DNA of 64,000 bases from Rotaria socialis (taxonomy: Eukaryota). Both the position numbers and the translations under genes were made by a program. The stretch covers positions 62,001 to 126,000 of the forward strand of contig CAJNYD010000557.1 in assembly GCA_905331295.1 (NCBI GenBank). The letters are read 5' to 3'. The notes under the pieces are model-generated. The model was not told the DNA's origin. It saw only the letters and a program-made list of their open reading frames with translations, and searched no databases. Of the stretch, positions 1-13,159 are shown one piece after another. Position 1 is the stretch's first letter. Each line of letters opens with the position of its first letter.

Positions 1-464
1 TGTTAACAGTATTTCGTTCATGTCTTCGCATTTACGCACATAAGAAATTGGAGTTCAACAACTTATAGATGTTACTTCAATAGCTTTTTAAATTCAATTT
101 ATTCAAATAGGAAACATTCTTAATTTGTGTCCTCTACAAATTAGATCTCATATTGTTTAAATAATGTTTTTTATTCAAGTTTGTCAAAAACAAAAAAATT
201 TATGAGTTCGTCATAAATTTTTAAGTCTTCAAAATTTGACTATTAAATGTAATTATTTAAAAATAGTTAAATTAGTTTCATGATTTGAAGTGGCAGGCAG
301 CCATGTAGGCTACTTTGAAACAATCGATGGCAATAGCTGAGAATTATTCAAACCAGGTTTATTTCTAATTATGACTTTTTTTCTCTGAAATGTTTGTTAT
401 AGCAACTTGAACGTCACGTAGAAGCTTGCAGAATTTTGCGTTACATTTTGAATAATATTTCAAA

Positions 465-556
465 TAGGGGCGTCACCAGAAAAGAATGTGGGGGATGGGG
501 GCTAAACTTATTTTTTCTAGGGGGCTGAGCCCCTAGACCCCCTGGTCACGCCTCTA
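465..556. mobile_element. 92-bp hAT-type MITE
   Basis: TIRs TAGGGGCGTCACCAG / CTGGTCACGCCTCTA (13/15 match); perfect 8-bp TSD ATTTCAAA at 457-464 and 557-564; GC-rich island in AT-rich DNA. Confidence 0.85.
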
Positions 557-1395
557 ATTTCAAATTTCACTGAGTCCGTTTCTAAAACTGTTCCGTAATT
601 GTTTTGCTTCTCTGATTTTAGCATTTGCATGATGAAATAGATTTCTATCTTTTTAACTTTGGTCTTAAGCAAAAATTCAGCTAAGAAAACAAATGCTGGA
701 GTTCTGTAAGAAATAACGCTTTCTATTTATCAGTATAAAAAAGTCAGATTTCAAATAACTATTTTTAAGTGTTTCAAAGATAGACAATAAAATGACACTT
801 TCTATTATGAAGCATCCATTATTTTTGACAATCAAGAAAATATTACATCTTCGTGGTTGATACTATATCGGTACATATTTACATATTAATCCGTTTGTAA
901 TTTTCGATCTCATTCAGATAAAATAAAAATTATATCGGTAGAGAGAACGTAAAAAATCTAAAAGCACAAATTGAAATTATTTCGGTGAAATACGTATATT
1001 CAAATCTTCAACAAATTCCAATGAGATAATTCTTTTCTTGTTATCTTTTTTCTGAATGAAACATTCTTTTTCTATTTTCGTTGTTTCATTATCGTCTCTT
1101 CTAATTCATCAGCATGCACATAAATACACATTCTATATGTATGAATGAAAACGAAGAAAACGAAAGAACGACGACTGAAAAAGAATAGTCCATTCACCAA
1201 AAAGAAACAGACAGAGAAGTTCGCACTTGGAATTCTGTTTAAGAATTTTTTCGGAACTTGATCATAATCAAGACATTCATATTCCTTGCTCAGTTTTTTT
1301 GTGCTCTTTCTAACGATATAATTTATGTATATATATCTTAATGAGACCGATAATTTATAATTAATTTATATTTCCATTTAATGTTTTCAGCTAAT

Positions 1396-1880
1396 ATGAC
1401 GACTGATTCAACAACAACATGAGAGAAATTGTTCGAAAATGTAAAACACTGTTGCTTTATATTTCCCATCATTGTAAATCATCTTTTTTAGATACAATTT
1501 GGTCGCATATTGGAGGTAGTATTACATAATATAAATGCTGACGACAATATGGCAGAGACACAAAAGCAAGAACATGTTATGAAACGTGAAATGACATCGA
1601 ATTGTATTAATGAACAAGTGGGAAAAGTTTACCAGTGTCTATATAAAAACAAAAGTGAGTAAAATAGAAGTACTTTATTACTATTAGCACCCGATTATTT
1701 TAATGCACTTGATAATGATAACGACATTGATAATGAACAACTCGCATCACAAGTAAAACATTATATTTATATTTATCATAATTATTCGTATGGTTTCTTT
1801 TGATTTTTTCCCCGCTGCAATGATTTCAACAGTATAAAATGATGATACGATAATTTGGCAATTACAAAAGCCATTAGGTC
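1396..1880 (+). pseudogene. Spliced gene relic of unknown family with in-frame stops
   Basis: ATG at 1396, TGA at 1420 (MTTDSTTT*EKLFEN); GT-AG introns 1441-1491 and ~1655-1688 join open exons (IQFGRILEVVLH...; PDYFNALDNDND...); further stop near 1850. Confidence 0.4.
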
Positions 1881-2259
1881 AATTATTCATATGAAAGAAA
1901 ACCTCGTTTAAATACGCTCTGAGTTTTGTAATTGACATTTTCTGAATTATTAATTTCCGTTTTATAGAATAATCTTGCGCGTATTGAATTTAACATTTTT
2001 ATTCTTTTGGTTGCATGTTTTTTACTCACACTATTGATAGAAAAAATACATACGATGCAACCACATGAAGAAAAAAGCTAGTCCATAAACACTTTTACAG
2101 AAAAATTCACAAATCAAGCTTTCTAAGATGAAGTAAACAAACATAATATGAAATTTACACGATTTACTACCACATGAATATATATATATCTTTCACAACT
2201 TTTGTTCATTGTCAACAAAAAAATAACGATCCTATATTGTGGTAGTCAAGTAGATTTTT

Positions 2260-2510
2260 GTCATTTTTTGCATAATGGTGGTGAGTTGGAATCATCTTGA
2301 TTTTCAACTTGACTTTGTAGATGAGTAACTTTTTTTTCAGAATCTTTCAAGCGTAATGCAAGTCTTTCCATATCCAATGGTAATTTTGGACCAAAGCCTC
2401 CAGTTTTATAATTTGAGCGTCACGTTCAGTAAGCAATTCTTCATAATTGCGTATTTTCGAGCGCAACACTTCAATGTTATTATCATTGTCGCTGGGTATT
2501 TTATTCTGAA
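2260..2510 (-). pseudogene. Coiled-coil exon relic with a 1-nt frameshift
   Basis: IEVLRSKIRNYEELLTERDAQIIKLEALVQ continues as LPLDMERLALRLKDSEKKVTHLQSQVENQ only after a shift at ~2385. Confidence 0.4.
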
Positions 2511-3285
2511 GGAGAAATTAAAATCAGTCACTGATTGTTGTATAGTAGTCTTCCTTCATCATGAATAATTTGTAGTACATTAGACGACATTGTATGATTA
2601 ATGTGACGGCTTCTTTAATCTAAAAGTTTGAGAATAATTCATAAACTATACCTTGTCAAAGCACATAGTTCAATCAATCACAAGTATAATGAAAGTATTG
2701 TTTTTTTTGTAAAATATATATAAGAGGATTTCTTTGTCTTTGTCATCCATTATATAATGTCAGAAGCATCCCTATTCGCCGTTCAAAAACGTTCATATCG
2801 AGGTCGTCCGTGTTGAATATTTTATTGAGCGTCGTGTGTGGTGTTGTGCAACATCCAATATCATCTTTTAATAGGTCACACTAGTTTACACACTGTAAAA
2901 AAAAGAGTAGTCATTCCCCTTAGATCGGTCGTGTATTAGTATTGTCAGCATTGCAAATATATGCTGAAGCTGAAAATCGTAAGTACTTTTTAATAATAGA
3001 TGTCTTAGGATAACTTGCACGAAAATGTTGACACTCTTGTTCTGACTTTCTATCCGCAAGAAATTTCTCTTTTTTCTAAAAGGCAGGCAAGTTAAAATTG
3101 TAAAAAAATTGTTCATTTTCTTTTTCAAACAGGTTTAGATTGGGCCCCGGATAAATAAAAGACTCTCGCATACTTAACCATTGGATCACTCATAATAAAT
3201 AGAGTAGATGTGGACAAAAAAAAAGAAGTCTATGGATACAAACATTTTTACTAAATATAATCAAGTGAGATTTCTTATTTCAAAT

Positions 3286-5135
3286 TATTATGGTCGTCCA
3301 TAGACGCTTAATCAACGCAACACACTTTTCGAATAGTTTGTCTATAGGATTTTCTTAATTCTATTCTAAATTGACTCATTTAGTTGTTTAAGATTTGGTT
3401 AACATACATATGTATATGCACCAAAAAATGATACAAAAAAAACGATTTTGTCGGCACAATCTTTATTCGAATGAATAACAATTTGGGATAAGTCATATAA
3501 TTCATACCATTAAAGGATATGGAATCAAATTTGCATATGCTTTATCATCCGGTCATGATATAATTTATTCATCAGACAAAGATTTGACGGCAGTAAAAAG
3601 AAAATTTGATCAAGAATTTATTTTAAATGATTTAGCAATAAATTTCAAATAATTTCTTAATATAGTTATCAAGTTTTGCATGTGAACATTGGGCATTATT
3701 ATTTCATGATATTGAATATGAAACGTGTCAAAAAGATCACAATATTTTTATTTCATTTGCACATGCCCAAGTTACTTTAGTTAATGAAATCTATGATTAT
3801 CTTAATAAATCAAATGATGTTCTATTATTTTGTCCAACAGGTACATTGTCTTAAATAATTACAGTATGTACATAGTTTATTCATTTTTAGAATATCGTAG
3901 TCGTATGGCAAGACCTTCTCGGGAATGATGTTCGCATTTTCAAACAATTGGTTATGATCTTCATCCAGATATTAATGTCCTTTGAACAGGTGATATTTAG
4001 TGGAATTGTACAACTTTTGTTTTTAACATTCGAGATTTATCTCATTGAACGCACAAATGATAAGCAAAATTTTGGAATTTAAGTAACATGCTCTATCAAA
4101 AGATCTTTTTAAAGATTTTCAATTAATTTTTATCAAAATTAATCCTAAAAGAAAACTATTCATGAGAGGAATTCTTATCCTTGAGATTGAAATTTACTAT
4201 TGAAGGTAGAATGTACAGTCTATACAGTCCTAATCGTAGTTGATTGAACCAATATTTCAAAAGTATTTTTGTTAATCCGATCTAAGCATCAAAAAATACT
4301 TGAACCCGACAGACTTGTTCACAAAAAACATTTCCCAACTGTTGTCAATCGATGCGAAATAAAGAAACTCTTATTAATACCTTAATAATCTGAACTGTTA
4401 TATACTAAAATGCACAGCTTTATCATATGCTTACATTGAAGTATTTAGTAGAATAAAAAGATCAAAATTGATTTTGAAATATTTTTGTGTAATCTATAGG
4501 TCCAAAAGTAATATCTCGACTTATAATTATTTCTCATATTTTATCAGTAAATACTGTTTTACAACGACGTTCAGCAATGTGGGATAATTTAAATGCAAAT
4601 GATTATGATCAACGTCGTTCATAAAATGTATCATCTCGTTTATCTGCAATGTTAGCAAATCCAAATTGTGAACTTGAATTAAATTTTATTCCATATAACA
4701 CGCTTGGTCAATGGTACAAATCAGTCAGAATCAATAAAAGTCAAGAGCGAATTGATGATGATGGAGATAGTCTTCAAATAACGGAAATCTGTCAAGTTAA
4801 TAAAACATTAGATGAAGTATGGATTGATTGGTTACGAAAGTTTCATAAACTTAAAACAAATTTTTATTATTATTTATCTAGATTAATGATTCTTCACAAA
4901 CAATGAGTCCTAAACCAACTGCATCACCATTAACTATAGACGAAGATTCTCAAGAATCAGCACGTGAACGTCAAACGCCAACAGCATCATCATCAAAAAT
5001 GCATATTATGGAATGTGATGGAAATGGAAATACAAGTGATGTAACATTGGCTAATCTAAGATTACTTGTTGAATTATTTAATTTATTCTATGAGTATGGA
5101 CTAACTGTTCAACAAATATTAATTGATTTGAGTGA
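3286..5135 (+). pseudogene. OGA: O-GlcNAcase (GH84, MGEA5/OGA) pseudogene, intron-containing, 3'-truncated
   Basis: Ordered OGA motifs: YYGRP*TLNQR, YVYAPKND, FAYALSSGHDI, WALLFHDIE, SFAHAQV, LLFCPTEY, L*TGPKVIS, WDNLNANDYDQRR, LANPNCELELNF, LLVELFNLFYEYG; stops at 3301, 3926, 3983, 4622. Confidence 0.9.
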
Positions 5136-5257
5136 TGTCATAATCCCGTTACACCCGGTAACAACTATTTCTTATTGCTACTTTATGTTATCCATATAGG
5201 GTGTCCAGATTTGGCGTATCCACTTTTGGGGTAACGACTTATCTGTAATTATGTATT

Positions 5258-5399
5258 TTAAAAGTTGAGGAATTTGAGTTGTTTTGGTGTAACGACTTTT
5301 GGGGTAATGGCTTCATTTGTCTAACGATATAATTAGAGTAACAATGCCATTACCCCAAAGGTCATTACAGCAAAACAACTCAAATTCCTCAACTTTTAA
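5258..5399. repeat. Foldback inverted repeat (~54-bp arms, ~34-bp spacer), probably part of a MITE at ~5197-5445
   Basis: 5258-5311 TTAAAAGTTGAGGAATTTGAGTTGTTTTG...GGGGTAATGGC is the near reverse complement of 5346-5399; TTTTGGGGTAA motif repeated. Confidence 0.75.
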
Positions 5400-5575
5400 C
5401 ATATAGTTCTATGGTTACGGGTAACGAAGCCACTACCCAAGTGGTAATATTGGAAGAGTTTGTTTGCATATATGTACCACTGAATAGGATCTAGATATAG
5501 ATACACTGTGTGTTGTACAAGGTTTGGATACTATGACGTCTCTTTCTCATTACCCAGTGTAATGGTATTATGATA

Positions 5576-6907
5576 TATTGGCATCGCAGCTGTCCTCCGA
5601 AAAAAGTATAGGAATTTCTATATAGGATAGGTCTAAAATAAATAGGACCACCCTCAACTATATAGGAAAAATATAGGACGCAAATTTGTTCTAAAAAAAG
5701 ATTTAGACACCGAAAAACCACTGCAACAGCATTGAAGATGGTAATGTGGTGTTTTTGCACGTATATCTAATCAGCTAAATAAAAATAGCATTGAGTTTTG
5801 AAAAATAACGGAGCAGCAAGATTTTCTTTAAACATAAAAAAAGATAATTTTTGCTCGATTTATTTTCAACTATTGGACGTATACATGCGATATAGGGTGT
5901 GAATGTCTGAACAAAAATACTCACACAGTCACATCAAAATCCACTCACACCCATACCACAATGGTTTCAATGAGCTTTTGTTTTCATATGTATTACATAA
6001 AGTACATTTAAACTTTGATATCTTCTTGCCTTGTTTTAACTATTTATTCACGTTACAGCCTTCAGAGTCTGTTTTGCTCAATCAGTGCGGACGAAACTTC
6101 ATATATTGTGACATTAATATATAAACATGAGCAAAATCAGTAAAATCAAGTTCAAAATTTGAATTTTTAAATAAAAGATGAAATCTAGAACCAGATAGGA
6201 ATAGTATTGACGAATGTAGAATGTAATTGTTAACAAATGTAGATGAACATGTCTATTATGAGATAATCTTTGATAATACAAAGCAGTATTTTATCCAGGA
6301 TTTCTGGGCATGTTAGATCTCAGCTTCAGTGCATGGGACCTAGATGGAACTTATGGGGGTCATATTGGAGCTAAATAATGAGATTTTGTGGAAAAGATTT
6401 TGTGATTGTAGTTTGCGAAAACAAAATAATTTTGTTGCTTGCCCAACCAGGAAATTATTTTGTTTTCGCAAACTACAATCACAATTTTTTTTCCACAAAA
6501 CCTCATTATTTAGCTCCAATATGACCCCCATAAGTTCCAACTTGGTCCCATGCACCGAAGCTGAGATCTAACATACCCAGAAATCCTGCATAAAACACTG
6601 CTACAAAGACAATTAATGCAAAGAGTATACTATATACATTATCTAGATGAACCAATTGGAAATAAACTCCATATAATTCCTCGCCGGCAATTGATCGTTA
6701 ATATCTACTTCTTGTTATGGACGTCAGTGACAATATTTAAGTGACGTGTTGAACGCTTATCAAGAATGTTCGGAATTTTTTCAAAAGAATCTTGAATTTT
6801 TTGAAAAAAATAGGAATATAGGAAAAAAAGCTCAAAATAGTCTATAATAGGATCTATTTTTTAAATAAAGGAAATAGAGGATATATAGTACTGCTGCGAA
6901 TCCAGTG
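5576..6907. mobile_element. Old degenerate TIR element hosting the 6284-6600 MITE
   Basis: Imperfect termini TATTGGCATCGCAGCTGTCC vs reverse complement CACTGGATTCGCAGCAGTAC (14/20); ATAGGA subterminal repeats at both ends; no clear TSD. Confidence 0.35.
6284..6600. mobile_element. 317-bp almost fully palindromic hAT-type MITE
   Basis: ~150-bp arms nearly perfectly complementary (CAGTATTTTATCC...TAAAACACTG); 8-bp TSD ATACAAAG / CTACAAAG (7/8); explains the mirror ORFs 6340-6555(-) and 6344-6571(+). Confidence 0.85.
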
Positions 6908-7553
6908 CTTGTGTGACAATGAAATACAAGTTCAAACACGTACTGACGAAAATATTTGTAAACATAAAAATAATATTCATACTAATAAGGAACATATAAA
7001 AGTTATATCAGCTCAATTCATTTAAGTATATTTGATTCAGTTAATAACAATAGATCACAAGTTATGGTGTAAAATAGTTTGAAGGATTATCTTCTGTTTT
7101 GAATAATAACATTCTTTGTGATTTGGCCTGATGGTTAAACCTATTGTAAATATTCAGACGAAGAATTTTCATAAAAGCTGAAAAATAGTGATTTGGCAAA
7201 TTCATGGAAATACTTCATGAACAAAGAAGAATCTTTACGCTATTACAATCTATCGCTACTCGATGGAAAGAACAAAAATAAATTCTTATCAAAAACAGTA
7301 GTTTTCACCATTAAAGTAAAGACTGATACTATATTTTTCTAGATATTTAGTTGATCAAGTAACAAAATTTCAAGAAACATTCGAAAATGTATTCATTTTG
7401 ATTTATAATTAGTACATTTGTGTTAAAGTAGCTCACAGCTCTACGTCTTATACACACATATGATTTATTTATTTTTTTAACATGGCTAGAATGAATTCCA
7501 TTAAGAAAATTAGTTACGAGACCCCAAGCGATGCTTCATATAAATATTCTATC

Positions 7554-7887
7554 CAGTGACGGCGGAGCCATTGAGACAGGTGAGGCTTGAGCCTCACTTA
7601 GTTTTCAGTAGATGAGGCTCAGCCTCACCTAGTTTTCACAATATGAGACTCAGCCTCATTTGCTTTTGTACTGAATATTGCTATTATCTTGTTCTTGCAT
7701 CAGAGTAGAAGCAACGAAAACTAGTTTTCGGTATTTTCCAATCTTCTTTTTTTATACTGACCATTTTTATTTTTACTGAAGTTCAATAAAAAGAAGACTT
7801 ATTTACTACTTGATGTTTCTTAAAATTCCACGGTAGCAAAAAAATATGATGAGCCTCACCTAGCTTAATGACGCTCCGCCGCCCCTG
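7554..7887. mobile_element. 334-bp hAT-type MITE
   Basis: TIRs CAGTGACGGCGGAGC / GCTCCGCCGCCCCTG (13/15); perfect TSD ATTCTATC at 7546-7553 and 7888-7895; subterminal AGCCTCA repeats. Confidence 0.9.
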
Positions 7888-9947
7888 ATTCTATCTTCTG
7901 AAAAGTGAACAATACAAATAATTAGAATCTGTTATGGTGTAATCGATAAACCAAAAAAAATACATTTCTTTACTATATTCAATGTTTTTAATTTAGCAAT
8001 AATAATTCTTTTTAAATGAGTATAAAAAAACACATCAGTCCTATCGATCAGTAGATAGAAGATCATTAAAGTTTTCAATATCGAAAAAATTTTCATCATT
8101 TGTGTTTATTTGTTAGCACTCACATCAACATCATATAAAATCGGATATATGGAAAACTAATATTTTCATCGACGAATTTAAGATCAACTCTCGTTTGAAT
8201 CGAATATTTTCAACTAATGAATACACATACACAAAAACGATGTACTTATATACTGACCGTTCTAGAACCTCCTTCGACACATTTTACTAAAGATTTAAAA
8301 GTTTATGGAATTTCTATTTTTGATTAATGCTTGAAATTTTCGTTAAAGATAAATTATTTGTTCAAATTAGATAATTTCTCAAAGCGACATCTTTTCTCAT
8401 GTAGAAAACGCATGTAGTACATTCATTTATTTTTAACCAAAAATTTACTCTCTTCTCGTCATCTTGTGTAACGGGCGGTTGCCTAAGAATAAATTGCAAT
8501 GACGGTGTTTTTGCGCAAAAGAATAATATTTTTCGTAATAGAAAATTAGAGGAAAATGTACTAATGCTAAGTACAATGGAAAGGCGTTGTAGCTACAATA
8601 CAATATTTTGCACCCTTGAACTGTTTTCTATCAGCTGACTTATATATTCACTGAAGAAAGAAATTCAGTTTATGCATCTATCACGGAAATAAAAGGCTAT
8701 TTTTAAATTGATTGAAAACGAGAGAATGATTAATATTAAATTTAATTAGAAATATTTTCTCTTTTACATTGTATCCTAAGAGAAGAATTATAAAAAAGAA
8801 ATAACTTCAATAAAAAGGATTATTTTTCCTCTTGAAAAATCCAGATGAAGTATTTTCGACCAACAGTACATACGATCTATTCAAAAGACATTTTTGGGAA
8901 AAAAAATCATTATTATTGAAACTTCTAACTAGAGAGCTCGTTATTCGAATCGCTTTAAAAAAAGATCACTAAATTGTTCATTCAATCAAATCTCTCTTGT
9001 GATTAATATGCATTAAAGCCTACATCTAGGAACGATATTGAACGTATCTATGACTCGGGCGATAAATCAAGATTCTTGAAAAACTATGTGTTCAATAATG
9101 AAAACTTCTCCACGATGATTTTTTACCTTTCTCTTATTTATTCACATTGACTTAACGATAGATTGCTTGAAGCTCTATCTGCTACTTTTTATTAGAGAAC
9201 CTATACTGGTGAATATCAATGAGAGTACATACCTATTATCTCTAAGAATAGAAGCAATGAAAAATCAATATTAATTACGATAAGAGAGAATGTTTTTCTA
9301 TTTGAAAATCGATGTAAAGATATAGACAAACTTCCAATCGAAACATTCATCGGAGAATAAATGAATCCAAATTCAACAATAAAATCTTTTCAAAATATAC
9401 CCTTCAACAGTCGAATTCATATTACGAAAACGAAATTCATTAGTAAAAATGAGCAAACTCTTCAGTTTTGAATCTTCCCACGCTCTCACTTTTCATCATG
9501 GTTTAGCTTCCTTAAGTTTCTCTGTAACTTTAAATTCATGCGTAAAGAGAAAAACATTCTTTCATGATATTGTGGCATTTATTTCAGAAAAAATTAAAAT
9601 TTAGTAACAACGACCAATGAGACATTGGTTTATTGCAGCCTCGTCTTAAAAACTATGCCGGAATAAATAAACGAATTTAACATACCACTGAAAAATAGTG
9701 ATAACATTCAAAAAAAGAATATTAATAAAAATTAATATGCATAAAAGAAAAATTTTCCCACGTAGATTGATAATGAAAATACCATATATTTCAAAATAAT
9801 TTAAATTTATTGATAAGCAGCGTAGGAGACATTAGAGAGACTATTACAAAAAAAGACATACTCACATTTATTCACGCATTATATCTATATAAAAACTCGA
9901 TATTAAGGTCTTATTCAATTACATTTCATTTGGTAAATACAATCAAA

Positions 9948-11171
9948 ATGCGTCTTCAAGTTAGTGTGAAATTCTCTTTTTTTTTCTTCTTCTACTGTTC
10001 ATGTCGATTTTGTTTTCATTAATAGGCTTTGTTTTTCTTGGTTTTCTTGGCCATCATCTATGAAAACCATTGCAAAGAAGGTGAGATCAATTAATTACTT
10101 GTTAATCTATTATTTCATTTTGTTTTCTTATATAGCAACTACATTAGCAGCGGCCGAAGAAGGTAAAAATAATTGCTAATATTATTCTAGGATAATAAAT
10201 CTGTTCATTATGTAGTTGCAGATGATAAAAAAGATGCTGATGTGGCCGCACCTGCGAAATCTGATGTTAAGAAGGAAGACGATGAAGAAAAGTCACAAGA
10301 TAAGGTCGAAGAAAAAACCGATTCATCAGAAAAGAAACCAATCAAATCCAATAATGGCAAAAAGGCCAAATCTCCCGGAAAAAAGAAACTACGTGTAAGT
10401 AGTTTCATTTCATTTATTATGATTAAAGAGAAAAGAAATTTGTTTTTCTAATTACAGGGAAAATCGCCAGATTACCTTGGTCGTATGTATATCTATTTCC
10501 CAAATAAAGCTACAACTGGTAAAAAACCAAAACCAACGAAAGTTACGTTTCCCGTTGCTCGTTATGATCGTCGTCGATTTCGTATATATTTATTTTTTTC
10601 TTTTTTAAACTGTAGGTATAGACGTTTTTTCTTTTTTTCGTAGCTAAATTCGGTCCACTCTATACTTTTCTTCCTTGGTTGCCAATCTATGTTGAACCTC
10701 GATCAAAACAAACTATTATCTATTCACCAGTTGGCGGTGGTAAATATTCATCATTTTCTTTTTTTTTTGTTTTACTTAAATTTGAATTATTTAATTTTTT
10801 CTTGTAGTTTATATTCTTCCACCAGTAGTTAACTTCTATGGCGATATTTATTCAGTTGCTGAACTTATTGCAAACGGTTATGCAAGTTTAGTTAGTACCG
10901 GCGCTCCACCGCCACCTTCTGTCGATGTTTCATCGTTGGTACAAACTGGTTCATGTAAATTCCTGTCTATTTTCAGCCAAATTCTTTCATATTCTCGTTT
11001 TTCTTTATACAAATAGTCGGCGGCACTAGTGGACCAACTGTAAATCCAAATACTGGTGGATTTACTGGAGCTGTTACAAGTGATATTCGCGGATATCCAG
11101 CTACATCTTTTTCATATCCATACGGAGCAAATTATGGTTATCAACAGCAACAGCAAAATGCAGGATACTAG
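9948..11171 (+). CDS. Multi-exon secreted low-complexity protein (signal peptide, D/E/K-rich segment, Y/G/P-rich C-terminus)
   Basis: About 8 exons joined by GT-AG introns into one frame: MRLQ|ALFFLVFLAIIYENHCKE|ATTLAAAEE|VADDKK...KKLR|GKSPDY...RRRF|PKFGPLY...VGG|VYILPP...TGS|FGGTSG...QQQQNAGY*. Confidence 0.75.
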
Positions 11172-12361
11172 AACATGAATCAGTCATAATGATCAGATGA
11201 AAATTATCCGATGAACATTTCATAAGCTGCTTGTTAAACAAGAAGGATATGCATTAGATTTCATACGTATATATTTTAACCTTCACACACGCATGTACTT
11301 TGTTCGTTTTTTTTTCTTCTTCTTCTTCTTCTTTTTTCTGCTGCCGAATCAATAAAAAACAGAGAAATATAACTGAAAGAATTTTTTTCTTCTTATTTTA
11401 CATAACATTAAAAGCATCAAGGTATATTCGAAGAGAGAACGAAAGAACTAATACGTACTTTTTAAAGCAGTTTGTTTTTTAGCGCCGTAAAAAAAGTGAT
11501 TTTGCCGTGTGCGTCACAAAAAATAGTAAATTTGTAAAATGGCTTCAATTATGTTGCTTGGTCGGAGAGTAAACATGTTCATGAGTGAATCACTTACAGA
11601 CGTCGACTTTGCATGTATTTTTTTTTGAGTGCTCAATAACATGAAAAGTATCTGAACTTATTTCAATTGAGCACAAGGTCGCAGCCTACGTTTAAAAAGT
11701 CAATGTTAGGAATCGAATGTGTGACATTTAAGAGAGTGAATGATCTCAATAATAGTAAATCATAAGGAGCTTTTTAATGCTTAATGGTGTGTTCAAGCGT
11801 TAGTAGAGACGAAAGAATAAGAGTTTTGATATTGCATAGAAAACGAGCGAGGAGGAAATTTGAAATCTGTAGAGCAAAATTATTATATCGAGATTTTTCT
11901 CTGTCAAGCGACCTTGAGAGAAATGCTGGAGTTATGCCATAGAAGTAAAATAGCGTAACTGTAATAAGTCAGACGCATGCAACATAAGTAAGAATATGTT
12001 CTTGTAAGACAAAAACTTTCATTTAATCATATTCTGATCTCATAATGAGAGCAATTTATCAATGTATAAATAACAAAAAGTTTAACACGTGAGTATATTT
12101 TATTAACATATGACAAAACAAGTTTGGTGTGCGATGTTAATATTTGTTTTATGTAACTTGACTCGAAATATTTGTCATCAGTTGTATCTCAGGTTTCTGA
12201 TTATAATTGAATCCTGTCAATAATCAGAGGTTGAGTAGATTGAAACTCAATTTCATAGATTATAATTCAATAATAAAGTTATTCACTGTGACCAGTAGAG
12301 ATTAAATATTCATAAAAAAATAGTAATTTTAAATATTTCTCATTTTAGTTTAGAGTAAAAA

Positions 12362-13159
12362 ATGGACATGATTTTAGCAGCAGACGAAAATATTTTTTCA
12401 TCACAAATTCAATCGATAATAATTCATTTATTATCAACAATATTTAGCGCACTGGTTATATCAGTTGGACTTGTAGTTTCAACTGAGATTTCGGGCTATA
12501 ATTTAGAAACAATGTATTATCCCGTTAATAAAGTGACTTGTACATGCGATTGTTGGGATGGATATTTTCGAGGTAAATTTCCACGTGGTCATTATAAAAT
12601 ATTTTATTTTAATTATGAACAATCAATTATTATTCTATTATGCATTCTTCTTTTCTATGGTGAACTTCTACGAAAATTTTTATTTAAAATAATATTTAAT
12701 AGAGAATTAATTTTATTATTGTTGATTCCATCTGTTTATTCGAATTTCTATGGCATATGGTCAATTATTAATTATATCAACGATCAAGATTACGACCGAA
12801 TGTTAAAATCTCAAAGTTATTTTTCGCTAACAGAACTTATTGCTACATTTATATTTTATCAATGTTTAACGATGAAAAGTAGAATACCATCCTGGTTGAT
12901 TTATTTCCTATGTACAATATCTTGTCTACATATTTTTCTTGCTTTCGGTGAACTCAATCTTGATCAAATGGGAAGAAATTTTGCGCTTGTTTTATCTGAT
13001 ATCATAAGTCTGATTTGGATTATAATAATGCTTATTAAAAATCCTCGATTAAAACCAAATTTAAGAACAACATCCATATGGTTATTTGTTGCTTTATGTT
13101 TGTGGCTATTCTATCATTTTGTTTGCCAATTTCGGGAAGAAAACGGAAATTACTTGTAA
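12362..13159 (+). CDS. Uncharacterised multipass membrane protein with CTCDCWDG motif
   Basis: 265-aa intronless ORF, about 6-7 hydrophobic segments, Cys-rich loop after the first TM; splice acceptor-like tract just upstream. Confidence 0.8.
   Translation: MDMILAADENIFSSQIQSIIIHLLSTIFSALVISVGLVVSTEISGYNLETMYYPVNKVTCTCDCWDGYFRGKFPRGHYKIFYFNYEQSIIILLCILLFYGELLRKFLFKIIFNRELILLLLIPSVYSNFYGIWSIINYINDQDYDRMLKSQSYFSLTELIATFIFYQCLTMKSRIPSWLIYFLCTISCLHIFLAFGELNLDQMGRNFALVLSDIISLIWIIIMLIKNPRLKPNLRTTSIWLFVALCLWLFYHFVCQFREENGNYL

Noticed and set aside
6340..6571. Mirror ORFs on both strands with near-identical peptides
   Set aside because: By-product of the palindromic MITE, not genes
11460..11950. Sequence with the texture of an interspersed repeat; similar at 8400-8650, 28460-28960 and 44700-45180
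   Set aside because: No TIR, TSD or second copy demonstrable within the window
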